64,000 bases of DNA from an uncultured Nocardioides sp. Lineage in GTDB: Bacteria > Actinomycetota > Actinomycetes > Propionibacteriales > Nocardioidaceae. A model generated the notes under the pieces. It had not been told where the DNA came from. It made no database searches and saw nothing but the letters and a program-made list of their open reading frames with translations. The DNA is taken from NCBI GenBank assembly GCA_964591845.1, contig CAZQCA010000001.1, positions 1,135 through 65,134 on the forward strand. The letters run 5' to 3'. Below are positions 9,494 to 18,860 of this stretch, piece by piece. A program made the position numbers and the translations under genes. Numbering within the stretch: position 1 is the stretch's first letter; every line of letters starts with the position of its first letter.

Positions 9494-10321
9494 TCAGCCG
9501 GCCGAGAGCAGCGCGACCCCCAGCAGGGCGGCGGCGACGCCGCCCTGCTGGAGGCGCTGCAGCCGCTCGTGCAGCAGCACGCCGGCCAGCAGCACCGTCA
9601 CCACCGGGTAGAGCGAGGCGAGCACGGACGTCACGCTCACCAGCCCGCGCGTGGACGCCACGGCGAACAACAGGTTGGCGCCCGCGTCGGCGACCCCGAC
9701 GGCGGCGAGCGGCGCCAGGTCGCGGGCCGTGAGGCCCCCCGCGGCGCGCAGCACGACCGCAGCGAGCAGGAAGGCCGAGACGCTGGTGGCTCGCATGCCC
9801 CACAGCGTCAACAGTGCCGAGGCCTCCGCCCCGCGGGCGAGGAAGACGATGGTCAGGCCGAAGCCGATCCCGGCGGCCACCGCCAGCACGACCGGTCGGG
9901 CCCCGGTGTCACCCCGCAGCTCGGGACCGCTGGCGGCCACCACGCCGACCAGGGCCACCGCGATGCCGGTGAGCGCCAGCGCGGAGGGCCGCTCGCCCTC
10001 GACCAGGCCGACTATCACCGGCACCACCGCACCGAGCGCGGCGATCGGCGACACCACCCCCATCGTCCCGGACGCCAGCGCCGAGTAGAAGCAGACCAGT
10101 CCCACGGCGCCCGCGGCGCCGGCGGCGACGGCCCACGGCAACCAGCCGGGGTCGGCGTCGAAGCCGCCGGTCGCCACGACGGCGACGGTGACGGCGAGCA
10201 GACCGGCGGCCTGCGAGGCCCCGACGACGGCATAGGCGGACAGCCGGCGGGTGAGCAGCCCGCCCCCGAAGTCGGCGCTGCCCCAGAGGACGCTGGACAG
10301 GAGAGCGAGGGCGGCGGCCAC
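9494..10321 (-). CDS. EamA/DMT family transporter
   Basis: About 10 hydrophobic segments; WGSADFGGG, GVVSPIAA and SLYPVVTVLLA...LHERL. Confidence 0.9.
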   Translation of the reverse strand: MAAALALLSSVLWGSADFGGGLLTRRLSAYAVVGASQAAGLLAVTVAVVATGGFDADPGWLPWAVAAGAAGAVGLVCFYSALASGTMGVVSPIAALGAVVPVIVGLVEGERPSALALTGIAVALVGVVAASGPELRGDTGARPVVLAVAAGIGFGLTIVFLARGAEASALLTLWGMRATSVSAFLLAAVVLRAAGGLTARDLAPLAAVGVADAGANLLFAVASTRGLVSVTSVLASLYPVVTVLLAGVLLHERLQRLQQGGVAAALLGVALLSAG

Positions 10322-10412
10322 CCGCGCACGCTAGCGGGTCGAAACCGGTCGGCCCCGCGAGGGTGCCGCCCACGATGCGGGGATCCGCGGCCCGGCCCGG
10401 GACAATGGCCCC

Positions 10413-11234
10413 ATGAGCGACTCGACGACGCACCGGCGCCCGGTCCACACCTGGCTCACCGACATGGACGGCGTCCTGGTGCACGAGGAGGACCCGATCC
10501 CGGGGGCCGCGGAGTTCATCGGAGCGCTCCAGGCGTCGGGACTGAAGTACCTCCTGCTCACCAACAACTCGATCTTCACCGCACGCGACCTCCGCGCTCG
10601 CCTGCTGGGCAGCGGCATCGACGTGCCGGAGGACGCGATCTGGACCTCCGCGATGGCCACGGCCACGTTCCTCGCCGAACAGCGTCCCGGCGGGACGGCG
10701 TACGTCGTGGGGGAGTCGGGCCTGATCACGGCGATGCACGACCAGGGGTTCGTGATGACCGACCGCAACCCGGACTATGTCGTGCTGGGCGAGACCCGCA
10801 CCTACTCGTTCGAGCAGATCACCCGGGCGATCCGGCTGGTCGACGCCGGGGCGCGCTTCATCGCCACCAACCCCGATCCCAGCGGCCCGAGCCGAGCCGG
10901 GCTGATGCCGGCGACGGGCTCGGTGGCCGCGTTGATCAGCACGGCCACCGGGCGCTCGCCGTACTTCATCGGCAAGCCCAACCCGCTGATGATGCGGGGC
11001 GCCCTCAACCGGCTGCAGGCCCACTCCGAGACCACCGTGATGGTCGGCGACCGGATGGACACCGACGTGATCGCGGGCCTCGAGGCCGGCTTGCGCACGA
11101 TCCTGGTCGGCACCGGCTCGACGCCGCCCTCGCGCGTCCCGGAGTTCCCCTACCGGCCCAGCCTGGTCGTCGAGTCGGTCGCCGACCTGGTGCCGATGGT
11201 CGCCGAGCTCGCCGGCGACGCGCCGTCCGACTAG
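10413..11234 (+). CDS. HAD-IIA family hydrolase (NagD-like)
   Basis: DMDGVL, LTNNS, IATNPD, GKPNP and MVGDRMDTDV. Confidence 0.93.
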   Translation: MSDSTTHRRPVHTWLTDMDGVLVHEEDPIPGAAEFIGALQASGLKYLLLTNNSIFTARDLRARLLGSGIDVPEDAIWTSAMATATFLAEQRPGGTAYVVGESGLITAMHDQGFVMTDRNPDYVVLGETRTYSFEQITRAIRLVDAGARFIATNPDPSGPSRAGLMPATGSVAALISTATGRSPYFIGKPNPLMMRGALNRLQAHSETTVMVGDRMDTDVIAGLEAGLRTILVGTGSTPPSRVPEFPYRPSLVVESVADLVPMVAELAGDAPSD

Positions 11235-11731
11235 CAGGCGTCGCCGCGGTCGGCCACGGCGAAGTCGAGCACCCAGCCCTCGTCGCCCTCGGCGTCGATC
11301 CGGTACCACCGGTCGGTCGCGCCCGCCCAGTCGACGTCCTGCGCCTGCAGCACCGTGTAGCGACCCTCGTCGAGCCCGACCGACGTGGCCGTCGGCTCGG
11401 GTGACTCGAAGAGCCTGGTCACCGGCGTGGTGTCGACCCAGCACTCGCTGTCGTCGGGCGGCTCGGTGCCGGTGTCCGTGGGACCGGTGTCGACGGCCCC
11501 CGTGTCGCCGGCCCCCGTGTCGCCGGCCCCGGTGTCCTCAGGCCCGGTCTCGGCCGGTCCCGTGTCCGCGCCCGCGGTCTGCGAGGAGCCCGCCGAGCCC
11601 GTGGGTGCGTCGTCGCCCCCGGTGAGCGAACCCCACCACCACGGCGCCGTGCTGCTGCTGGCGACCGCGAGAGCCAGCGCGCCCACCCACGCCCACAGAT
11701 GTCCGCCGCGTCTCGCCTCCTGCTCGGCCAT
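11231..11731 (-). CDS. Hypothetical membrane-anchored protein with (D/E)TGxx repeat linker and small SH3-like C-terminal domain
   Basis: MAEQEARRGGHLW then a hydrophobic segment, pentapeptide repeats and a C-terminal WYRIDAEGDEGWV; RBS ggagggg. Confidence 0.6.
   Translation of the reverse strand: MAEQEARRGGHLWAWVGALALAVASSSTAPWWWGSLTGGDDAPTGSAGSSQTAGADTGPAETGPEDTGAGDTGAGDTGAVDTGPTDTGTEPPDDSECWVDTTPVTRLFESPEPTATSVGLDEGRYTVLQAQDVDWAGATDRWYRIDAEGDEGWVLDFAVADRGDAC
11471..11575. repeat. Seven 15-bp tandem repeats encoding (D/E)TG(A/P)x
   Basis: ggtgtccgtgggacc / ggtgtcgacggcccc / cgtgtcgccggcccc x2 / ggtgtcctcaggccc / ggtctcggccggtcc / cgtgtccgcgcccgc. Confidence 0.8.
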
Positions 11732-11833
11732 GCGCCGCCCCCTCCCGAGATCGATGCCCCTGCCGGGGAGGAGAGCCCCGTCCCTCCCGCTGATACCCGG
11801 CCCCTCGAGTGTCCTGCGAGCGCAGCGCCGCGC

Positions 11834-11884
11834 GCCACCGAAAAAGGCACCGCGACACGCAGTGCCGCGGTGCCTTCCGTTGGC
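11834..11884. terminator. Long hairpin downstream of dps (terminator or REP-like)
   Basis: aaggcaccgcgacac-gca-gtgccgcggtgcctt (14/15 match) with extended flanks. The A-run gives a U-tract on the minus strand. Confidence 0.6.
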
Positions 11885-11936
11885 AGCTCTCGGGGGTGGG
11901 GGATGCCCCGGCGCCAACCGGCGGGTGGTCGTCGGG

Positions 11937-12509
11937 TCAGCTGGCCTTCTCGGCCGCCTCCTCCTCGGTGTGGGCGCCGCTGGTCACCAGCTCGCCACCG
12001 GCGTCCTGGAGGTGGGCGCGCACGAACCACTGGTACTGCTCGAGGTCGGAGGTCTGGCCGATGAGGATGTCCTCGGTGACGGGGTCGATCTCGCCGACCT
12101 CGTCGATGGCCTCGCGGTGGTCGGCGATCACACCGTCGTAGACGAGGTCGAGCGCGCCCAGGTGTGCGCGAGCGTCGGCGCGCATCACGTCGTAGTCGTC
12201 CCAGCTGCGCGACCCGACCAGGGCGCCGGGCAGCCCGTTGGGGGCCACCCCGAGCGTGGCCATGCGCTCGGCCAGCACGTCGACCATGACGCGCACGCCG
12301 TCGATCTGGGGGTCCAGCATCGTGTGGACGCCGATGAACTGCGGCCCCACGACGTTCCAGTGTGCGTGCTTGAGGGTCAGTTGGAGGTCGTTGAGGGCGT
12401 GCAGTCGCATCTGCAGGACGTGGCCCACCTGGTGCCCCTCGCTCACCTCGAGACCGGGGACCGTGACGGGGGCGTCGCCGGCGCTGTGGACGGAGCTCTG
12501 GGCGTTCAT
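11937..12509 (-). CDS. dps: DNA starvation/stationary phase protection protein Dps
   Basis: LKHAHWNVVGPQFIGVHTMLD, DVLAERMATLG and DPVTEDILI...QWFVRAHL. Confidence 0.95.
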   Translation of the reverse strand: MNAQSSVHSAGDAPVTVPGLEVSEGHQVGHVLQMRLHALNDLQLTLKHAHWNVVGPQFIGVHTMLDPQIDGVRVMVDVLAERMATLGVAPNGLPGALVGSRSWDDYDVMRADARAHLGALDLVYDGVIADHREAIDEVGEIDPVTEDILIGQTSDLEQYQWFVRAHLQDAGGELVTSGAHTEEEAAEKAS

Positions 12510-12560
12510 GTGCGGGGCGGTACCCGATCCGCGCCCGGACATGTCACCGGGTCCTCTGAG

Positions 12561-14615
12561 TCAGCCGAGCCCCTCCCAGGCGCCGCTGTCGACGATGGCC
12601 CGCCAGATCTCGGCGCGACGCGCGACCACCAGGTCGGTCGACAGGTGCGAGGGGTCGCGCCACACGACGACGTCGTCGAGCATGGGGGCGCAGACCGGCT
12701 CGGGGCAGTACGCCGTCCGCAGGTCGGCCGTGAAGACGTCGGGCACGGCGGTGGCGACGTAGTCGTAGAGGCTGTCGACGAGCGGTGGCTTCGCGGGCGG
12801 GGTGACGGCGCACTCCAGCAGCCTGCGGGCCGTGGCCAGGCAGTCGAGCGGGCTGGGTCCTCCGAGGTCGTAGCCGCCGGTGCCGAAGACGCTGTGCACG
12901 ATGAGCACGCGGGCTCCGCGGCCGGTGAGCTCCTCGGAGGTCTCCTGCGCCTTGCGGAGCATCATCTGGGGGTAGGTCTCACCGGGATGCTCCGCCGCGT
13001 CGTCGGCCGACACCTGACGTGCCCAGCGCTCGCCGCTGCGCGGCTTGCTCAGGACCACCACCAGGTCGGCGTCCATCTGCGGGAACGCCCGGTCGTAGAA
13101 GCGCTGCTGCAGCTCGGCGCACTCCTCGCGCCGTACCTTCGGCGAGCGCTCGATGACCACGCCGCGCTGCCAGGGGCAGTTGTTCATGATCGCGGTGGAG
13201 AGTCGGAAGCCCTCCTCCCGTGCGAGACGCTGCAGCGCCGGGGAGAGCATGGCGGCATGGCTGTCGCCGACCAGCACCACGAGCGGCCCGTCGCCGTCGG
13301 TGACCTCGGCGCACGACTCCGGCGTGCCCTCGGGGCAGTGGTCGCCGGTGTCGCCCTCGTCCTCCTCGAGGCGGGCGAAGTCGATGCCGGAGGGCACCGG
13401 CTCGTCGAGCGGGGCCAGGGCCTGCGCCTCGGTCACCCCGGAGCCGGGCGGCGCCGTCGTCACGACCAGGGCCACCCGGCGGTCGCTGTGCAGGATCGGG
13501 GGTACGACGGCCACGGCGGCGACGACGCTGACGGCCAGGCCGGCGGCGACGACCTGCCAGCCCAGCCCGTGGAGGCGCGGCGCACTGCGGATCGGGCGCT
13601 CCAGCAGCACGTCGGAGAGGGCGGCCAGACCGGTGGCGACCGCGGCCGCCAGCACCAACATGATGAGCGGGCGCACCGTGAGCACCTCGCGGAGCACCAG
13701 GATCACCGGCCAGTGCCAGAGGTAGGTGCCGTAGGAGATCCGGCCGAGGTACTGCAGCGGGGTCAGGGCCAGCGCCCGGCTGACCCACGACCGCGGGGCG
13801 AGGAACACCGCGGCGATGGTGAGCGCGGACGCCCCGGCCGTGAGCAGCCCGCGGACGCTCTGGGAGACGTCGACCAGGCTGCTGCCCAGCACCAGGACGG
13901 CCAGCAGGCCGGCCCCGGCGACCGGACCCCACGGCAGGCTCCTGCCCGGCCGGCGCGCGCCGCGCCCGCTGAGCGCCAGGGCCAGCACGCAGCCGAGGAG
14001 CGGCTGGTAGATCCGGGTGTGGGTGGCGTAGTAGGCCACGTTGACGTCGTCGCGGGCGACCACGACCTGGAGGGCCACGGACACGAGCGTGAGCGCCGCG
14101 AACAGCCCGGCGGCGAACGACCGGGAACGGCGCCACCGGAGGAGGAGCAGCGCCAGCACGGGCGGATAGACGATGTAGAACTGCTCCTCGATCGAGAGCG
14201 ACCAGAAGTGCAGGAACGGCGAGGGGGCGTTGTCGGCGGCGAAGTAGTCGCGCGACTCCGCGATGAACTGCCAGTTGGCGACGTAGAGGAGGGAGGCCCG
14301 CGCCTCGGCCACCATCGGCAGCCGGCTCGGCTCGGCCACGACCAGCGTCTGCACCAGCGCCGTGAGCACGATGACGACCACGGCGGCGGGCAGCAGCCGG
14401 CGTACGCGGCGGGAGTAGAACCAGCCGAGGCTGAAGGTGCCGGCGTCCATGGCGGCGAGGATGACGCTGGTGACCAGGAAGCCCGACAGCACGAAGAACA
14501 GGTCGACCCCGACGAACCCGCCGGACACCGTGGCCATCCCCGCATGGAACGCGACCACGAGATAGACGGCGACGAAGCGCAGCCCGTCGAGCTCGGGACG
14601 GTAGGTCCAGGTCAC
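12561..14615 (-). CDS. Acyltransferase-3 fused to SGNH domain (OatA/OafA-like O-acyltransferase)
   Basis: YRPELDGLR, GGFVGVDLFFVLSGF, HFWSLSIEEQFY, SYGTYLWHWP, then GDSHA and DPSHL (SGNH). Confidence 0.92.
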   Translation of the reverse strand: MTWTYRPELDGLRFVAVYLVVAFHAGMATVSGGFVGVDLFFVLSGFLVTSVILAAMDAGTFSLGWFYSRRVRRLLPAAVVVIVLTALVQTLVVAEPSRLPMVAEARASLLYVANWQFIAESRDYFAADNAPSPFLHFWSLSIEEQFYIVYPPVLALLLLRWRRSRSFAAGLFAALTLVSVALQVVVARDDVNVAYYATHTRIYQPLLGCVLALALSGRGARRPGRSLPWGPVAGAGLLAVLVLGSSLVDVSQSVRGLLTAGASALTIAAVFLAPRSWVSRALALTPLQYLGRISYGTYLWHWPVILVLREVLTVRPLIMLVLAAAVATGLAALSDVLLERPIRSAPRLHGLGWQVVAAGLAVSVVAAVAVVPPILHSDRRVALVVTTAPPGSGVTEAQALAPLDEPVPSGIDFARLEEDEGDTGDHCPEGTPESCAEVTDGDGPLVVLVGDSHAAMLSPALQRLAREEGFRLSTAIMNNCPWQRGVVIERSPKVRREECAELQQRFYDRAFPQMDADLVVVLSKPRSGERWARQVSADDAAEHPGETYPQMMLRKAQETSEELTGRGARVLIVHSVFGTGGYDLGGPSPLDCLATARRLLECAVTPPAKPPLVDSLYDYVATAVPDVFTADLRTAYCPEPVCAPMLDDVVVWRDPSHLSTDLVVARRAEIWRAIVDSGAWEGLG

Positions 14616-14676
14616 GCCCGGCAGGCTACCGGCCGCGGTGTGCGCGGCCGTCCGCCACGCGGGCCCTCGGCCCGTC

Positions 14677-16155
14677 TCAGGCGGGCTGCGGCGCGACCTC
14701 GGGCTCGGCGTCGTCGTGGGCGGTGAGCGGCTTGGCGATGTTCTCCAGCGACTCGCCCTCGGCCTTGACCCCCAGCACCGCCTCCGCGATGCCGCCCGCG
14801 ATCATCAGCGCCGCGCCGAGGAAGTAGCCGAACGCGATCTGCGTGATGTCACCGTCCGCGGACGCGTTGTCGATGAGCCGGCCGAACAGCAGCGGCCCCG
14901 AGATGCCGCCGGCGGCGGTGCCGACGGCATAGAAGAACGCGATGCAGAGGGCGCGGGTCTCCATCGGGAAGATCTCGCTGGCCGTGAGGTACGCCGCGCT
15001 GGCGCCGGCGGAGGCGAAGAAGAAGATCACCGCGCCGAAGGCGGTCAGCGTGACGGCGGACAGGTCGCCGAGCACCACGCCGGCGACGGCGAGCAGCACC
15101 CCCGAGACGAGGTAGGTGCCGGCGATCATCCGCACCCGGCCGACGGTGTCGAAGAGCCGCGACAGGAGCAGGGCGCCCAGGAAGTTGCTGACCGCGAAGA
15201 CCGCGAGGTACCAGCCGGTCTGCTTGACGTCGAGGAACGTCGTCAGGGTGTCGCCGTAGGTGAAGAAGAAGGCGTTGTAGAGGAACGCCTGCCCGACGAA
15301 CAGCGAGAAGCAGAGGATGGTCCGACGGGGATACATCGTGAACACGGTCCGCGCGATCAGGCCCATCCCGATCGTCTTGCGCTGCCGGATCTTGATGGAG
15401 TCGTCCACCTCGGCCAGCTGGTCCCCGGTCTCCTCGCGGACCGTCTCCTCGATGCTGCGCACGATCTGCTCGCCCTCGTCCTCGCGGCCGTGGATGAACA
15501 GCCAGCGGGGTGACTCCGGCACGTGTCGACGTACGACCAGGATGCCCACGGCGAGGACGGCGCCGAGCGCGAAGGCGGAGCGCCAGCCCCACGCGGGGTC
15601 GACGATGCTGGGGTCGAGCAGCGGGATCGTGAGCAGCGAGCCCAGGGCGGCGCCGACCCAGAACGAGCCGTTGATCGCGATGTCGACCCGCCCGCGGTAG
15701 GCCTTGGGGATCAGCTCGTCGATCGCCGAGTTGATGGCGGCGTACTCGCCGCCGATGCCGGTGCCGGTGAGGAAGCGCGCGGCGAAGTACCACGTCGGGT
15801 TCATCGAGAACGCCGTCAGCACGGTCGCCACGGTGTAGACGCCCAGCGTGATCAGGAAGAGCTTCTTGCGCCCGAAGCGGTCGGTCAGCTGGCCGAAGAA
15901 GAGGGCGCCGAGGCAGGCGCCGGCGACGTACGCCGCCCCGGCGAAGCCGATGTCGGAGGAGCTCAGCCCGAGCCCGGTGTCGCCGGGCTTGAGCGCCTCC
16001 GACATGGAGCCGACGATCGTCACCTCGAGGCCGTCGAGGATCCAGACGGTGCCGAGGCCGATCACCACCATCCAGTGCCATCGCGCCCACGGCAGTCGGT
16101 CGAGCCGGGCGGGGATGTCGGTGGTGATCGTGCCGGTCTGGATGTCGTCAGCCAT
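14677..16155 (-). CDS. MFS transporter (sugar/aromatic acid family)
   Basis: PARLDRLPW, GTVWILDGLEVT, LTDRFGRKK, GGEYAAINSAIDELIP and PESPRWL; start ATG 16155. Confidence 0.92.
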   Translation of the reverse strand: MADDIQTGTITTDIPARLDRLPWARWHWMVVIGLGTVWILDGLEVTIVGSMSEALKPGDTGLGLSSSDIGFAGAAYVAGACLGALFFGQLTDRFGRKKLFLITLGVYTVATVLTAFSMNPTWYFAARFLTGTGIGGEYAAINSAIDELIPKAYRGRVDIAINGSFWVGAALGSLLTIPLLDPSIVDPAWGWRSAFALGAVLAVGILVVRRHVPESPRWLFIHGREDEGEQIVRSIEETVREETGDQLAEVDDSIKIRQRKTIGMGLIARTVFTMYPRRTILCFSLFVGQAFLYNAFFFTYGDTLTTFLDVKQTGWYLAVFAVSNFLGALLLSRLFDTVGRVRMIAGTYLVSGVLLAVAGVVLGDLSAVTLTAFGAVIFFFASAGASAAYLTASEIFPMETRALCIAFFYAVGTAAGGISGPLLFGRLIDNASADGDITQIAFGYFLGAALMIAGGIAEAVLGVKAEGESLENIAKPLTAHDDAEPEVAPQPA

Positions 16156-16270
16156 GTGGGGCCTTCCGTGTCCGAGGCCCTGCGAGGTGACGTCGGGCCT
16201 TGGGTCTCGTACCCACGGCACCCGGCCGCATGCGCGTCCGGGCAGGGGCGACCCCGCCGACGCGTCGTCG

Positions 16271-16295
16271 GTTTCGGATCCGCCGGCATGGGCAC
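16271..16295 (+). promoter_or_regulatory. SigB/SigF-type general-stress promoter
   Basis: GTTT-N15-GGGCAC upstream of a general stress protein gene, close to the actinobacterial SigF/SigB consensus GTTT-N15-17-GGGTA. Confidence 0.5.
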
Positions 16296-16339
16296 CGAAC
16301 TCGTCCCGAGGTGAGTCGACGACAGGCGAAGGGAGCGCC

Positions 16340-16670
16340 ATGAGCGCGCAGAGCCAGGAGATCGAGCACGTCGCGAAGCTGGTCGACCGGGCCCGCATCT
16401 TCACGACCACGACCACGACCGAGTCCGGGAAGCACGTGAGCCGGCCGATGGCGGTGCAGGAGGTGGAGTTCGACGGGGACCTGTGGTTCTTCGCCTACGC
16501 CGACTCCGACAAGGTGCGTCAGATCTCGGCCACCCCGGAGGTCAATGTCGCGTTCGCCAACGACTCCGACAGCGAGTGGACCTCCCTGTCCGGGCGGGCC
16601 GAGCTCGTCCATGACCGGGAGCAGGCCCAGCGCCTCTGGGCGGCGCCGCTGAAGGTGTGGTTCCCCGGAC
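16340..16670 (+). pseudogene. Truncated general stress protein 26 (pyridoxamine 5'-phosphate oxidase-like)
   Basis: SRPMAVQEVEFDGDLWFF...LSGRAELVHD...LWAAPLKVWFPG, then similarity ends abruptly. The frame runs antisense through idi to 17428 and the expected C-terminal region (about 50 aa) is missing. Confidence 0.65.
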
Positions 16671-16687
16671 CGTCCAGATGTAGCCGG

Positions 16688-17299
16688 TCAGGTGCCCGGG
16701 ACCCTCGCCGCCGGCGGGAGCAACGACACGTCGGCGGTCGGGAAGCCGCCCGCGGGAAGCCCGGCGGCGGCGAGCTCGGCGACCTGGAGGCTGCACCACT
16801 GCGACACCTCGCGCGCGCCGGCGAGCACCTCGTCGCGGAAGGTGGGCCACGGACACCAGCGATGGTCGGCGACCTCGTCGGGGGCCGGGCTCGGCTCCCC
16901 GTCGGCGCGCGCGACGAACACCGGGCACAGCTCGTGCTCGACCGTCCCGTCGACCGCGGTCGCCCGGTAGCGGAAGCGGGGCAGCACCAGCCGCAGGTCT
17001 CGCACTTCGAGCCCCAGCTCCTCGCGCGTCCGCCGGGTGACGGCGTCGGCGAGCGGCTCGCCAGGCGCCGGGTGGCCGCACACGGTGTTGGTCCACACAC
17101 CCGGGAACGTGCGCTTGTGGAGGGCACGCCGGGTCACGAGCAGCCGATCGGCGTCGTCGTACACGTAGCACGAGAAGGCCAGGTGGAGCGGCGTCTCGCG
17201 GTGGTGTACGACGGCCTTGAGCTCGGTGCCGACCGCGCGTCCGTCCTCGTCGAGCAGGACCACCCGCTCCCGCGCGCCGACACCGTTCTGCGGGCTCAT
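16688..17299 (-). CDS. idi: Isopentenyl-diphosphate delta-isomerase type 1
   Basis: VHHRETPLHLAFSCYV, WTNTVCGHP and EHELCPVF; ATGA overlap with the upstream gene. Confidence 0.93.
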   Translation of the reverse strand: MSPQNGVGARERVVLLDEDGRAVGTELKAVVHHRETPLHLAFSCYVYDDADRLLVTRRALHKRTFPGVWTNTVCGHPAPGEPLADAVTRRTREELGLEVRDLRLVLPRFRYRATAVDGTVEHELCPVFVARADGEPSPAPDEVADHRWCPWPTFRDEVLAGAREVSQWCSLQVAELAAAGLPAGGFPTADVSLLPPAARVPGT

Positions 17300-18318
17300 G
17301 CGGGCCGGGCCAGGGCGTTGACGACGCCGGCGAACACGGCCGGTGCGTGCTGGGCGACGGGCACCAGCGCCGAGCGCAGGACGGGCCGCCGGGTCGCGTG
17401 CACCAGGCCCAGGGTCAGCCCGCGGTAGCGACGGGAGACCCGGCGCCACGACCGCTCGTAGAGCTCCGGGCGCCCCGCCACCACGGCGGCGACCGCCTCG
17501 CGAGCCTGGGCGGCGGCCAGCGCCACGCCCTCTCCCGTGAGTGCGTCGACGTAGCCCCCGGCGTCGCCGACCAGCAGCACCCGGCCGGCGGTGCGGCGGC
17601 GAGCGCGCTGGTGCAGGGGGCCCGCGCCCCTGACCTCCCCTCCGGGGGCACCGTCCAGCCGCTCGCCCAGCGCGGGGAAGAGCGCGAGCAGGTCGTCGTA
17701 GGAGGCACGTCGCTCGGTCAGCAGCGCGACGCCGACCAGGTCGTCGGCGACGGGCGTGACGTAGGCCTCTGTGGCCGGACCCCAGTGCACCTCGACGTAC
17801 GACGTCCACGGTGGGACGGCGAAGTGGCGGCGCTGCCCGAAGCGCCGGGGCGGTGGCGTGGGTCGGTCGAGCGCCAGCATCCGGCGCAACGGGGAGTGGA
17901 GGCCGTCGGCGGCCACCAGGAACCGGGCCCGCAGGTCGTCGACCCGGACGCCGGTCGCGTCCTGGGACACCCGCTGCACGGCCTGCCGCAGCACCGGGAC
18001 CCCGGCCGCCTCGACGGCAGCGCTCATCGCCGTGTGCAGCGTCGTACGCCGCACGCCACGCCCGACGCCGCCCGCGAAGTCGGCCTCGGCGCGATGGCGG
18101 CCGGCCAGATAGCGGATGCCGTGGAGCGGGAAGCCGACGGGATCGACTCCGAGCTCGTCGAGGGCCGCCACGGCACCGGGCATCAGCCCCTCGCCACAGG
18201 CCTTGTCCACCGGTCCGACGCGCGGTTCGAGGACCACTGCCGCCAACCCGGCTCGGTGTGCGTGGAGGGCTGTGGCCAGCCCTGCCGGACCACCACCGAC
18301 GATCGCGAGGTCGATCAC
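17296..18318 (-). CDS. FAD-dependent monooxygenase (SrsC/AgqC-like alkylresorcinol hydroxylase)
   Basis: GGGPAG, DKACGEGLMP, AADGLHS and GDAGGYVDALTGEG; follows the PKS and methyltransferase genes. Confidence 0.85.
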   Translation of the reverse strand: MIDLAIVGGGPAGLATALHAHRAGLAAVVLEPRVGPVDKACGEGLMPGAVAALDELGVDPVGFPLHGIRYLAGRHRAEADFAGGVGRGVRRTTLHTAMSAAVEAAGVPVLRQAVQRVSQDATGVRVDDLRARFLVAADGLHSPLRRMLALDRPTPPPRRFGQRRHFAVPPWTSYVEVHWGPATEAYVTPVADDLVGVALLTERRASYDDLLALFPALGERLDGAPGGEVRGAGPLHQRARRRTAGRVLLVGDAGGYVDALTGEGVALAAAQAREAVAAVVAGRPELYERSWRRVSRRYRGLTLGLVHATRRPVLRSALVPVAQHAPAVFAGVVNALARPA

Positions 18319-18860
18319 GACGACGCCCGCACCTCGTCAGCGGCCACGGCGGCCGCCAGGGCGTCGTCCTCGACCCGGATCCGCACGGTCAGCAGGACGG
18401 CGTTGGCAAGGGTGAAGACGAGCGCGGTGATGCCGGCGCTGTGCACCAAGGGGAGGGCGATCCCCTCGGCCACGACCGCGACGTAGTTGGGGTGCCGCAG
18501 CAGCCGGTAGGGGCCGGCGTTCACGAGCGGGAGCCCGGGCACGACGATCACGCGAGTGTTCCACTGCCGACCGAGCGTCGCGATGCACCACCACCGCAGC
18601 GCCTGCGACAGCACGACGACGGCGAGCGCCGTCCAGGCCAGCCCGGGGATGACGTCGGGCCGCCGCCACCAGACCTCCACCAGTGCACCCGCGAGCAGCC
18701 CCGTGTGCAGCAGCACCATCACGGGGTAGTGGCGCCGGCCGCGCTCCACAGCGCCGCGGGCGAACGCCCAGGCGGCATGGCGCTGCGAGACCACGAGCTC
18801 GGCCACCCGCTCCAGCGCGACGGCGGCGATCAGCAGGGTGAACCAGGCCTCGCTGCTCAT
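18315..18860 (-). CDS. Isoprenylcysteine carboxyl methyltransferase family protein (SrsB/AgqB-like)
   Basis: [41 protein letters not shown] and RIRVE. Confidence 0.9.
   Translation of the reverse strand: MSSEAWFTLLIAAVALERVAELVVSQRHAAWAFARGAVERGRRHYPVMVLLHTGLLAGALVEVWWRRPDVIPGLAWTALAVVVLSQALRWWCIATLGRQWNTRVIVVPGLPLVNAGPYRLLRHPNYVAVVAEGIALPLVHSAGITALVFTLANAVLLTVRIRVEDDALAAAVAADEVRASS

Noticed and set aside
11471-11575. Short tandem repeats as a possible CRISPR array
   Set aside because: The units are contiguous 15-bp in-frame coding repeats with no spacers, and there are no cas genes.
11385-14726. 1113-aa plus-strand ORF
   Set aside because: Antisense to dps and the acyltransferase, both of which have clear family motifs.
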